Shown here in pieces: positions 34,539 through 43,962 of a DNA stretch of 64,000 bases. Where the stretch lies: NCBI GenBank assembly GCA_964019335.1, contig OZ025713.1, positions 1 through 64,000 on the forward strand. Direction: 5' to 3'. The notes beneath the pieces are model-generated. The model searched no databases and was not told where the DNA came from. It was given only the letters and a program-made list of their open reading frames with translations. This stretch comes from Diplonema japonicum (Eukaryota > Protista > Euglenozoa: Diplonemea). Numbering within the stretch: the first letter of the stretch is position 1; each line of letters starts with the position of its first letter. The position numbers and the translations under genes are program-made.

Positions 34539-35366
34539 CTAAAAGGACGCAAAAGGCTTAGGAGAGGCAAGGCTCTCCCGTCGACGAGGCCGAAGCCTCC
34601 TCCTGGCAGTGTAGTAGCAAGCCCCTGTCAATATGGCACTACACACAACAGTGCTAATAACAATGGCAGTAAGAAGGGTGAATGAGATGGCCCGCCCAGA
34701 CGCTGTTTCATGCCGGGCACACGTGTTTGAAAGCACAGAGAGCGTGTAAGGAGAGGAACACCCCAGTACAACACAAGAAGAACTAATTAAGACTGCTCTT
34801 GACGCCCCTTCAGGCAAAGGGCACCCCCTTGCTGCCTGTGAAGACAAAACAACAGTAGTGGTAGGGCTCAGTGCACCTAAAACCTCAGAAAAAAGTGCGT
34901 CATCTAATGCCGCAGGAAGCCATGACGCCATGTCAGCAACTGTGTATAGGTCTGTTTCGGTATCTATGCTTGCTTCACCGGTAACTACAATTGAGCCGTT
35001 TAGAAAGCGGAGTTGTTGCACTTTAACACCCCCGGCCACTACTTTGCTCAGAATGATGTCCTGCATGCTGTCTGTCAATAAATGAAACAAGCCCAACGCC
35101 CATCTCATGATGAAGACTACCGTGTAGGCGGCTCCCTTCCTTGCGCAGAGTGCTCCACTGTACCCCGCGCTGCACACACATCCTGTATCTGGAACGCAAG
35201 TGCTTTTGGTGTCACCCAAGTCGGTGCATGCTCCAGCCAACGAGCAATTGACGCTTAGCGCGTTGTCCTCAGGTACCTGAGCCTGTTCTGGTTCTACCTG
35301 AGCGGTCGCGTGCCCGAACAAGATTACTAGGAGGAGGATGAGAGGGGTGTTGTTGCATGTGTACAT
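34539..35366 (-). CDS. Type I membrane protein: signal peptide, EGF-like domain, SEA-like domain (FLNG/SIVV), Cys-rich segment, TM helix; 275 aa
   Basis: LILLLVILFGHATA; C..C..C..CVCSAGYSGALC; GSIVV; TM AISFTLLTAIVISTVVCSAIL followed by RRRLRPRRR. Confidence 0.8.
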   Translation of the reverse strand: MYTCNNTPLILLLVILFGHATAQVEPEQAQVPEDNALSVNCSLAGACTDLGDTKSTCVPDTGCVCSAGYSGALCARKGAAYTVVFIMRWALGLFHLLTDSMQDIILSKVVAGGVKVQQLRFLNGSIVVTGEASIDTETDLYTVADMASWLPAALDDALFSEVLGALSPTTTVVLSSQAARGCPLPEGASRAVLISSSCVVLGCSSPYTLSVLSNTCARHETASGRAISFTLLTAIVISTVVCSAILTGACYYTARRRLRPRRRESLASPKPFASF

Positions 35367-36561
35367 TTCTTTTTTCTTTTTTTTTTTTTTTTTTGGTTGG
35401 TGCATGGGAAAAAAAAAAAAAAAAAAAAAAAAACTCACGAAAAGAAAGAGAATGGAAAAAAGGGTTTCTTTTTTTTTTCTTCTTTTTTTTTCTTCTTTTG
35501 CCGTATCAGAGTTCTTGGTTTGAAGATGGGATTCTTTTTCCTTTTTCCCTTTTTCTTTTTTTTATAAATTGCATGCGCCACTGGCTGAGAAGAAGTGAAG
35601 TGCAATCTTTGCTGAAAAAGAGAAGAAAAAAAAAGAATAAAAAGAGGGAATATTGCTAGTACAGATACCTATTGAAGAAAACAAAAGTGGCAACGCAAAA
35701 AAGAAAAAAAAAATATGTTGAAAGCACGAAAGAATTCTGACGATTACAAAATCACACAACAGTCCCCCCCACCCCCCACCCCCACCCTATATTTCTACAC
35801 ACCTTCTCAAATTTACTTCATTCCCTGCCCAGTTGGCCAGTGAAGTCTTGAGTCAGAATGTGGTTAAAATCACCTTATCCACAATTTCCTTTTCTTTTCT
35901 TCTCTTTTTTTAACCTTGCTAATTATTGCAGTTTTATTTGTATTGCAAAAGAAATAAAAAAAAAATCGATCACACAAGCTGAGCGGCGCTCAGAAGTCGG
36001 TTACAAGTGTCTCATTACCGTCAAGGTGGCGCAAGACGAACGGCGCTCAGCACGACCACCACAGTCGGCTACAAGTGTACCACAAGGTACATGGGGTGGG
36101 GGAGTGTTTGTAGTCTAGCTAAAAAAAAAGAAAAGTTATGAGTTATGTTGTACAAATATATAAAAACAAAAAAAAGAAAAAGGAAAAGAAATCTTAAAAT
36201 ACCGTAGACCGTACTTGGACTTTTTTATATGTAAATCCCCCTGTGTATCCCAAGGGACCCTCTCTTAAGGAGAAGGTGATTCGGGTTATATGAAAGAGAT
36301 AAATACGGTAATTGACCAAAAAAAATATATATATAAATTAAAAGAAAATTAAAAAAAAAAATGGGAGAGTGAGAGGTACAAATGTATGTCTTCCCCGTTT
36401 CATTTACAAAAAAAAAAAAAAAAAAAGGGAAAGAAAGAAAGACTCAATAACACTTTGGACAGAATGGGGGGGGACGTTTCGAGGGGGAAAATGAGCGTGT
36501 GAGGATTCTTTTTTATTCTTCATCTTTTTCTTTTTCTCTCTTTTTTTTTTTTTCAAAATCA

Positions 36562-38123
36562 TCATCTGAGCGTGTCGAAAAAGCGTTCCCGCGCGACAGA
36601 CGGAGCCGACTGCCGGCGACGCGCCTTTTCAGCAATCGTCTCATCCAGTGCACGCGAGGGCCGACGCAGGTCAGAGGTAGATTGACGACGGCCTGCAAGC
36701 CTCCTACAAAAAAAAAACTTTTTTTTGTTCCCCCTCCCACTTTTTCATACTTGAATATCTGAGCATCAGTAGAAATACCAACCTCATCAAAGCGCTTGGA
36801 CACGTTAGTTAAGAATTCCCCCTCAACAACCGAGTGGATGATGTGCTCAGCCACGCGGACAAGGCACAGCTTGAAGTGGTACAACGCCTCAGCCATTCGC
36901 TTTGCACGCACTACTGAGTCCGGGTTGCACAGATCCTTATGCTGCGCAGGTTGCAAAACGTTCACAAGCTGCCCGAACGACGGGATCACCTCCAGGTAGT
37001 CGAAGTCCTCCTTCGGAGGCGCCCCGTCCCTGTACGTCGTGCTTCCTATCAAATTGACGAAGATCTCGAAGTTCTGCTCCTCGGTGAGGGCGGACTGCTT
37101 CTTCGACACGCATAACTGTGCCCACATGAGGACCCTGACCTCACGGTGCATTGACCGGAAGGAGTCAAATCGTTTGCGAATTGGGAAGGACTTCAACTCC
37201 ACCTTCACATCCGGTGTGTCGCCCTGTCCTGCAGCCAGTTCTCTGACCTGCTCGACGACAGTGTTGAAGCCGCCCATCGCACAGTCATCGATCACGTGTA
37301 TCTCTACAGCCACCTCGCCTCGCTTGTACCCTGCTATGCAGTCCCGAAGGACTTGCATTGTCTGGATGACACCTTCAGCGGCAGTTGGCCCAACGCCGGA
37401 TTCTACCGACCTGTCATCTTCTTCATCAGACGAGTCGACTATGGGCTCGTCTGATGGTTGTGCGTCGCCAGCTTCAATGTTTTCTTTTCTGTCTTTCAGG
37501 TACCCCTCCATGCCGGAGTACACGTCTGTCCACGGTGTGCCCATTAGATGGCTTTTCAGCTCTTCCACTGCATTGTGGACGAGCATGTACTTTGAGCTGA
37601 CCTCGACATGCTTCTGTGTTTCCTCGTTATTGCCGTCCTGAGGGGGTTGGCCTAGGCTGTCCGACATTGAGGATTCGAAGTCAGAACCTGTGTAACGGGT
37701 TTCTTCGAAGGCGGCAAAGCTGACTTTGAACTGTTCTCTCTTAGAGGTGTCGTCGAGGCTGACACCACGCAGGGCAGGGGGCTGTTGTTGTTGTTGCTGT
37801 TGTTGTCCCACGTTTCCCTGTGATGACGGCCGTCTTCCTGCAGGGAGGTCGTAGGTCATTACGTAGTCGCTCAAGAAAACCCGGGGGTCCTCTGGTTTGA
37901 CCTTTACCAGTTCCGCTACTGCTTTGTCAACTAGATCACCTATTCCAAGGTTTTTAAGGTATACTTCGGCTCCCGGCATATCCACGCTTCCCCCGCGGAG
38001 TCGATTGGCCAGCCATCTTTTTGGCTCTGCAGGGCGTTCCTGTGTCATTGCGGTGGTTGCCCTTCCTATCAGCGTTGCTATTCCATGGCATTTTAGGTAT
38101 GCTAGTGAGTCTTCTTCGTCCAT
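36562..38123 (-). CDS. Protein with two N-terminal RIIa/Dpy-30-like docking domains; two exons (38123-36751, 36703-36562), 504 aa
   Basis: Two YL...GI..L......L....P.(E/D)P..(W/F)L motifs. Removing the 47-nt GTATGA..TTTGTAG intron gives KRLAGRRQSTSDLRRPSRALDETIAEKARRRQSAPSVARERFFDTLR*. Confidence 0.8.
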
Positions 38124-38259
38124 CTTTCTTTTCTTTTCTTTTTTTTTTTTTTGCCTCACCCCTGCCCCCTCCCCCGCGCCTGTGGGGTGTGGTTTGTATT
38201 TTAGTTATTCTTCTTCTTTCCCACTTCTTCAGCAGCCGGTTTTTCCTTGTTCGGTAATC

Positions 38260-39120
38260 GAGCTTGGCCGATGTAAATACTGCTCTTCCTTGCAGTGAAC
38301 GGGCTCTCCTGAACGGTTCAGTAGGAAAGTTCCTCCTCAGCTTCTGTCGCGCTTCAGTTTTCCCGGTTATGTTCTCAAAGTCCAAAAAAAAAGAGTCGGC
38401 TGATTGTCTGTGCAAGCCGTTTCAGGCTTCGTCCCCTTCGTCCACTTGTTGTATTCTCGATTTTTATCGAGTCCTGCTCTTATCTCCGCCTTCGTCGTCT
38501 TCTGCAGGTAGTTCTTCGCCGCGTTCAGGCTTATCCTCTGCGTCGCTTCCTTATCCCTACCTTGCTCGGCGAGTTCATCTGCCTTCTCGTTACCTTCTAT
38601 TCCGCAGTGACCCGGGATGTAACAGCAGGTGATGCGGTTCTTATTTTTTAGAAGGACATGTATGCTGTGCCACACCTCGACCACCATGTCCTCCTGTTGC
38701 CCTGCTGGTCCCTGCTTCAATTTCTGCAGGCATGCCATCGAGTCCGTCAGGAGGTTGATCTGCTCCCCTTGTGCTTCCTTCTGGACCATGTGTGCTAGTG
38801 CGGTGCCTATCGCCGTCATCTCTGCCTGGTAGCTGTCGCAAAGTTCGCACACACCCCTGCTCAGTTCAACGGTGCCACCCGCGTGTTCAATCAGGATGCC
38901 AGCGCCCCCCGTGCCGTCTGCTACTGATCCGTCGGTGTACACCGTGTAGTCGGCCTTGGGTAGTTTGGCGATTGTCTGCATGGCAGCTTTCTTCTGTTCT
39001 GCCTGCTCGAGTTTTTTCACTCCGCTCCCTTCCGTCCGTATCGTTAGGTCTTTCAAGATTTCCCACGATCGCCGCCTTTCTGTGCAGTGGTGCACGCTCG
39101 TTCTCTTCCATCTTCCGGGT
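38260..39120 (-). mobile_element. Remnant of an RNase H-encoding (Ingi/I-group-like) non-LTR retrotransposon
   Basis: ORF 38367-39095 has YTDGS, SYQAEMTAI, LLTDS, IPGHCGIEGNEKADELA. No RT; disrupted near 38400. Confidence 0.8.
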
Positions 39121-39390
39121 GCTCTCTTTCTGTCTGGCTTTGTGTAATTAAAAAAAAGAAAAGGAGAAAAAAAAGGGGGGGGAAAAAAAGAGTCGGGTTT
39201 TTCTTTTTTTTTTTAAAAAATAGCATTTCTGTTTGTGCACACGGTATAAAAATCATGGGACAAATGCTGCATGCTTACCACTACTCTTTTTTCTTTTTCT
39301 TTTTCTTCTTTTTTTGTGCTCGTACAATAGAAACTGAGCAGTATTTTGTTAATACAAGAGAAAAAAAAAAAAAAAAGAAAAGAGAGACAT

Positions 39391-39545
39391 TTAAGGGTAC
39401 CTGCGGTATGTGGCAGGACGCCTGAAAAAAAAAACCAGTTTGGCGCTCCTTTTGTTTGTGCGCACGAGCGGAATTTTACCTAATAAAGTAGCTCATTAAA
39501 CTAGTTTTTAGTCTCGACAATAATAATATTTGTTAAAACAAAAAA
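39391..39545 (+). repeat. Dispersed repeat family Z beginning TTAAGGGTACCTGCGG; parts also at ~5495, 9407, 11280, 17793, 32195, 57100
   Basis: Shared head ttaagggtacctgcggtRtgtggcaggacgcct and body tggcgctcc.tttgtttgtgcgcacgagcggaatt.tacctaataaa..agctcatta..ctagtttttagtctcga. The TTAA-GG start resembles Kolobok termini (inference). Confidence 0.7.
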
Positions 39546-41168
39546 AGAAAATAGTGGGAGAGAATGTGGGGGTGCGCAAAGACTATCTTTTTATTTTCTG
39601 TTTTTCTTTAAACATGATTGTTTGCTTTTTTTTTATTCTCCTTTCTTTTCTTCTTGTTAATAATCATTATTTTAACTTCCCCCCGCCCCCATGGGCCAGA
39701 CAACGAATATAGATCAAAAAGGACTGAGTTAGCAGACGAGTAGGGGGGGGGGGGGGGGAGCGTTTTCTTTTCAATTGTGACGACTATTAATTCTCTTGAA
39801 AATGAATGGAATCAATATTCATATATATATATTTTTTTTTTAAAGCCATTTCGCCTTCTCAAAATAACCCTGACCTTGGACCTCTGCCCATCTTAAACCT
39901 TTTCTTTCCCTTTCTTTTCCTCTTCTTTTTTTCTGTCGGACACAAAGAGCCCCAAAACAGCCAAAAAAAAAAAAAAAAAAAGTCAGTTACAGAACGTTAC
40001 AGAAACACTTTGCTACTATTTGTCATCACAAAAAAAAAAAAATAAAAAAAAAAATAAAAATAAAAAAAGAGAGATAGATAAACCTTTGAATAGGCAAATG
40101 ATTACTTCTTTTCTTCAAAATACAGAGTTTTGCGATGTGCGAGTTTCCAAAAACCTACAGTTGACCTTGGGTCTGGCTAACATGCATTAATCTGTAGTTT
40201 TCAATCCCCTTGGGGTTGCCCCTTTTGTGAGGAATCTTTCAGCTAAGCAGTTGGTCGAGCCGTTGCTTCACCACTTAGGTAATCAGTCCTCCATAGAACT
40301 TGGTGTGGAAGAGGGTGCAGCAGCTGAAGCCAGATAACTGGGTTAAGGTCGCACGACACCATCAAGGAGACGCTGGAGGGCTCTTTCCTAAGCCCTGCAT
40401 CGATAGAGTTCTTCTTGTTGCTATCCACAATTCCCTGCTCTACAGCAGCGGTCGAACGCAGTTTCAGCAAGCTGCGCCTCGTGTTCACAAGGCTCAGGAC
40501 ATCAATTAAACCAGAGAGACTGAACCGCTTATTGGTGATAAGCAGGGGCAGGTGTTCCGTAGTGAAAACTTCATCAGTTGCGTCATAAGACGGTTTCATG
40601 ATATGCCGACAAGCAGACGGCATGTGAACCTTACTGAGGCTGAGTTTCTGGAGGAGTAGCACAAACGTTCGGGGAAAAAAAAAAAGTGTTCACAGTGTGG
40701 CCCGAGAGGCCCAATTAACGTTCACCCCTATTTTTATTTTGAAAAAAAGGGTCGAGAAATCGGCCAAAAAGTATAGCAGGTCTATGAAAAAAACCCATTT
40801 TGAACCGGGGGCCCTGGTAAATGGATACTTATTAAAACATAAAACAAAAAGCAAAATGCACGTCAAAACCAGTGCGTGAAGCAAACTCTGGATTTGAAAA
40901 AAAGAAACTGCACCGCCTTGAGGTACTATAAAAAAAAAGCCAGCACAAGAAAATAAAAATAAAAAGAGAGGAAAACAAAACAAAATCAAAAGATCTGGGG
41001 GGGGGGGGGGGGGAGGATTCAGAACACCCGCTTTTTCTTTCCTTTCTTCTTTTTTCTTTTTTTTCTCTCTTCCTCTTTTCTCTTTTTTTCTTCCCCCTCC
41101 TCTTTTTTTTACGGAACACTTTGTTTTCTTTTCTTTTTATAAAGTCACTGGGAAGGGGAAGGAGGCAA

Positions 41169-41212
<44 letters not shown>

Positions 41213-41400
41213 TGAAAGATGTGATATGCAGCAAGGGGAAAGAACACCGAACTGAGTGGAAAAGGGAGGGGAGAAATAAAGGCACGGGACATACCCCTGG
41301 CGGACACTTTGAATTTTTCTCTTTTTCCACTCGAGTGTGTTCCCCTTTACTGAAAGAAAAAATATCTTGTTGAAACAAAAACAAAAGGTGCTTGGGCACC

Positions 41401-43176
41401 TCACAGCCACGCCTGCACATGTTCAAGTTCCTCCTGTATTTGAGTCATTTTTGCCACGTCCGCTTGTGAAGGTTCAGGAGATTGTCTTCCTGCTGGTAGG
41501 TACTGAGCAAGCTCAGTAGTGGGTGAAACAGCTGCAGAAGGAAGCTTCTTACTCACAACCTTGGGGCGCTTCTGCGGTGGTGCACCCGGCAAACCGCAAT
41601 GCGTGTTACACCCAATGTTCGCGCAGAAGACCACGCACTGATGTCCTGGAAGGCTGCCCCTTTTGCACCCACACGTGACACCCTTAGGAGCCACAGCGGA
41701 AACAGGGAGTTGCACCTTCTTTACCTTTACCGCTTGTTTCCCATTCCTTTTATGCCCCGGGAAGCCGCAAGACCCGCTGCAACCACTGCTCGTCGCGCAC
41801 AGCGACACGCACTGATGCTCCGAACTTGACAGCCGCCTGCACTCACAAGACAGTTGCTGAGCTGGCGGCGGCGATTCCTTAGTTTGCGAAGGAAGCTGAG
41901 GTGGGCTAGGCGACACGTGCTGTATCTGTATTTGAGGACTTGGCTGCACAGGTGGAGGAGGTGTGTTTGGATGAGCCATCACAGCTGCCTGACTGGGCTG
42001 TGCGTATTGCGGCTGTGCCTGCATGATCTGAGACTGCGGGGGCATAGGGTTCGTGATCTCACATGTACCATTGCACCCGTCAGACATGCCACAGAACGAC
42101 GAGCAGGCATGGTTTGGGTCGGTAGCCTGTCTGCACCCACACCCCACAGGCCTGGCGATCTGCGGCGGCTGCGGCTTTGGCGAACAGCTCCCATTGCAAC
42201 CTGACTGGACACACATCGGGGAGCACTGGTGGTTGGGGTCCGTGGTGAACATCATGCAGTTACAGAAAGGCTGCTGCTGCTGCTGGGGCATGTAATGGGG
42301 AACCGGAGTGGGGTGGATGTTGGGATCGATGTTGTACTGGCGGAGCCTTGCTTGCAGGGCATGGATGTGCATGCCCCTTTGCCGGACTTCCTCCTCAGCA
42401 ACCTGAAGCCTCATGTGCATCGCGGAGTCAGCGTCGATGCCCTGCCACACGTCGTACGCGTCTTCGTCCTGTGCCCACAGCATCTCAAGCTGGATGAAGT
42501 GAATCCCTTCGCTTCCTTCCCACACTGCCTTGACGGCGAACCTGCTGCACGCGAACAGAAGTACGCCCTTGTCGTAGCCGATGTAGCTGTACTCCGAAAT
42601 GTTTGCGCCGATGCTGTTGGTGATGATGAAGACAACCCTGCCGCCCTGCACGACGCCTTGGGGGGTCTTCAGGTCCCCCATCTCTGTGGTGCACGATGCT
42701 GGCGCGTACCACGTCACCGTTTCGTTTGTTGAATGTTTGCTTTTGTAGTAGCTGACGTACTCCCCGTTGGTATCAGCGACGAGGCGAAAGACAGTCCCGC
42801 ACTTGGGAGGGAGGGACTGCAGCGAGGTGGCGAGGAGCTTCAGGTAAGGAAGACAGTCGGACAGGTTCTCGGGAAGCGCATTCCACAGCATCATGTTCAG
42901 TTTTGCGTAGAAAGGAGTGTCTCTTGTGAAGAGGTTGATAGCTGCACTGTGCACAGGGCTCAGCGCGCCCGTTGTCAGGCATTGCCCCATCGCTTCCCGC
43001 GCCAACCTCGCTAGCTCCCCTGACTCAAAATACTTCTCCATTGGTATCATCACCGCTTCGATGCTGCTCTGGCAGACGGCCTCGCGCAGCATACCTGCTA
43101 AAGGCCGCCTGTCCTCTGCAATACACCCTTCGTCCACACGGAACGGTAGCCCCACAGACCCCTGCAGTTCGGACAT
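41401..43176 (-). CDS. ART-fold protein with a degenerate catalytic loop, coiled coil and four Cys/His-rich repeats, 591 aa
   Basis: AINLFT.D..FY..LN..L, PYLKLL..SL..LP, TVFR, ASCTT. YDKGVLL sits where ExE-VLL is expected. CxC-x7-H-x-C-x3-C-x-GC-x3-C occurs 4 times. Confidence 0.82.
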   Translation of the reverse strand: MSELQGSVGLPFRVDEGCIAEDRRPLAGMLREAVCQSSIEAVMIPMEKYFESGELARLAREAMGQCLTTGALSPVHSAAINLFTRDTPFYAKLNMMLWNALPENLSDCLPYLKLLATSLQSLPPKCGTVFRLVADTNGEYVSYYKSKHSTNETVTWYAPASCTTEMGDLKTPQGVVQGGRVVFIITNSIGANISEYSYIGYDKGVLLFACSRFAVKAVWEGSEGIHFIQLEMLWAQDEDAYDVWQGIDADSAMHMRLQVAEEEVRQRGMHIHALQARLRQYNIDPNIHPTPVPHYMPQQQQQPFCNCMMFTTDPNHQCSPMCVQSGCNGSCSPKPQPPQIARPVGCGCRQATDPNHACSSFCGMSDGCNGTCEITNPMPPQSQIMQAQPQYAQPSQAAVMAHPNTPPPPVQPSPQIQIQHVSPSPPQLPSQTKESPPPAQQLSCECRRLSSSEHQCVSLCATSSGCSGSCGFPGHKRNGKQAVKVKKVQLPVSAVAPKGVTCGCKRGSLPGHQCVVFCANIGCNTHCGLPGAPPQKRPKVVSKKLPSAAVSPTTELAQYLPAGRQSPEPSQADVAKMTQIQEELEHVQAWL

Positions 43177-43962
43177 GTTGAAAGGGACCCTTGCACTGGG
43201 GGCGGTGAATGGTGTTTAAAAGAATGTGAATGAAAAGAGAAAACTCAGGGAGGGTACACAACAAAAGAAAAACTCAAATTAACATGCAAGCTCCCTGAGA
43301 CGAAAGCTGCATGCCCTAAAAAGGAGTGGAAGGGAGTTATGGCCAGTACTAGGTATCTCTCAGTTTCGGTCATATCTTGCGACTCCTCCAGGTGCTGACC
43401 TCTTCAGGCAAGAGGCACCCTTAGGTTGGAGAGTACTTTTCCCGACCACACAAAAAAAAAAATAAGGCGACGATACATGCAAACTCTGCACGAGAGCCGC
43501 ATGCCAGAAAAAAAGAAGGAAACCTTGCTACGAGCTCCGTATAACGAAAGTTGTTGTTTGTACATGCCAGGGGGTCTATGTCGGCAGAGAAACAGGAAAC
43601 GTTCCCAAAATAGAACGAAAACGTTTCCGCTTCCGTTTCCTTTTTTTTAGCAAACCTAACCCAAGACCTTTTTTGAAAATATGGAAACGGAAACGGACAT
43701 GTTTCCCCGTTTCAACATAGAGGGGAGGGGGGGGGGGGGGGGGGGCACATTCCTTTTGTACATGCCAGAGCACATTCTTTTTTGTCTTGCCAGGGCACAT
43801 TCTTTTTGTACATGCCGGAGGGGGGGGGTTACATTCTTTTAAAAGCTTTTTTATTTTCCGCCAAAGCACCCTCAGATAAACACAGTATGGAAGAACCTTA
43901 GAAGAATAAAAAAAGAAGAAGAAGAAAGAAAAGAATGCAACACGGGGCGGAAGCACCGTGCT

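Noticed and set aside
40243-40662. 139-aa ORF in a GC-balanced island
   Set aside because: No ATG context or recognisable motif; probably a TE or gene relic.
43281-43820. CTGAGACGAAA hammerhead-like core and nearby ~24-bp tandem repeats
   Set aside because: The core lacks the CUGANGA spacing and stem II, and the repeats look like a decayed minisatellite or MITE.
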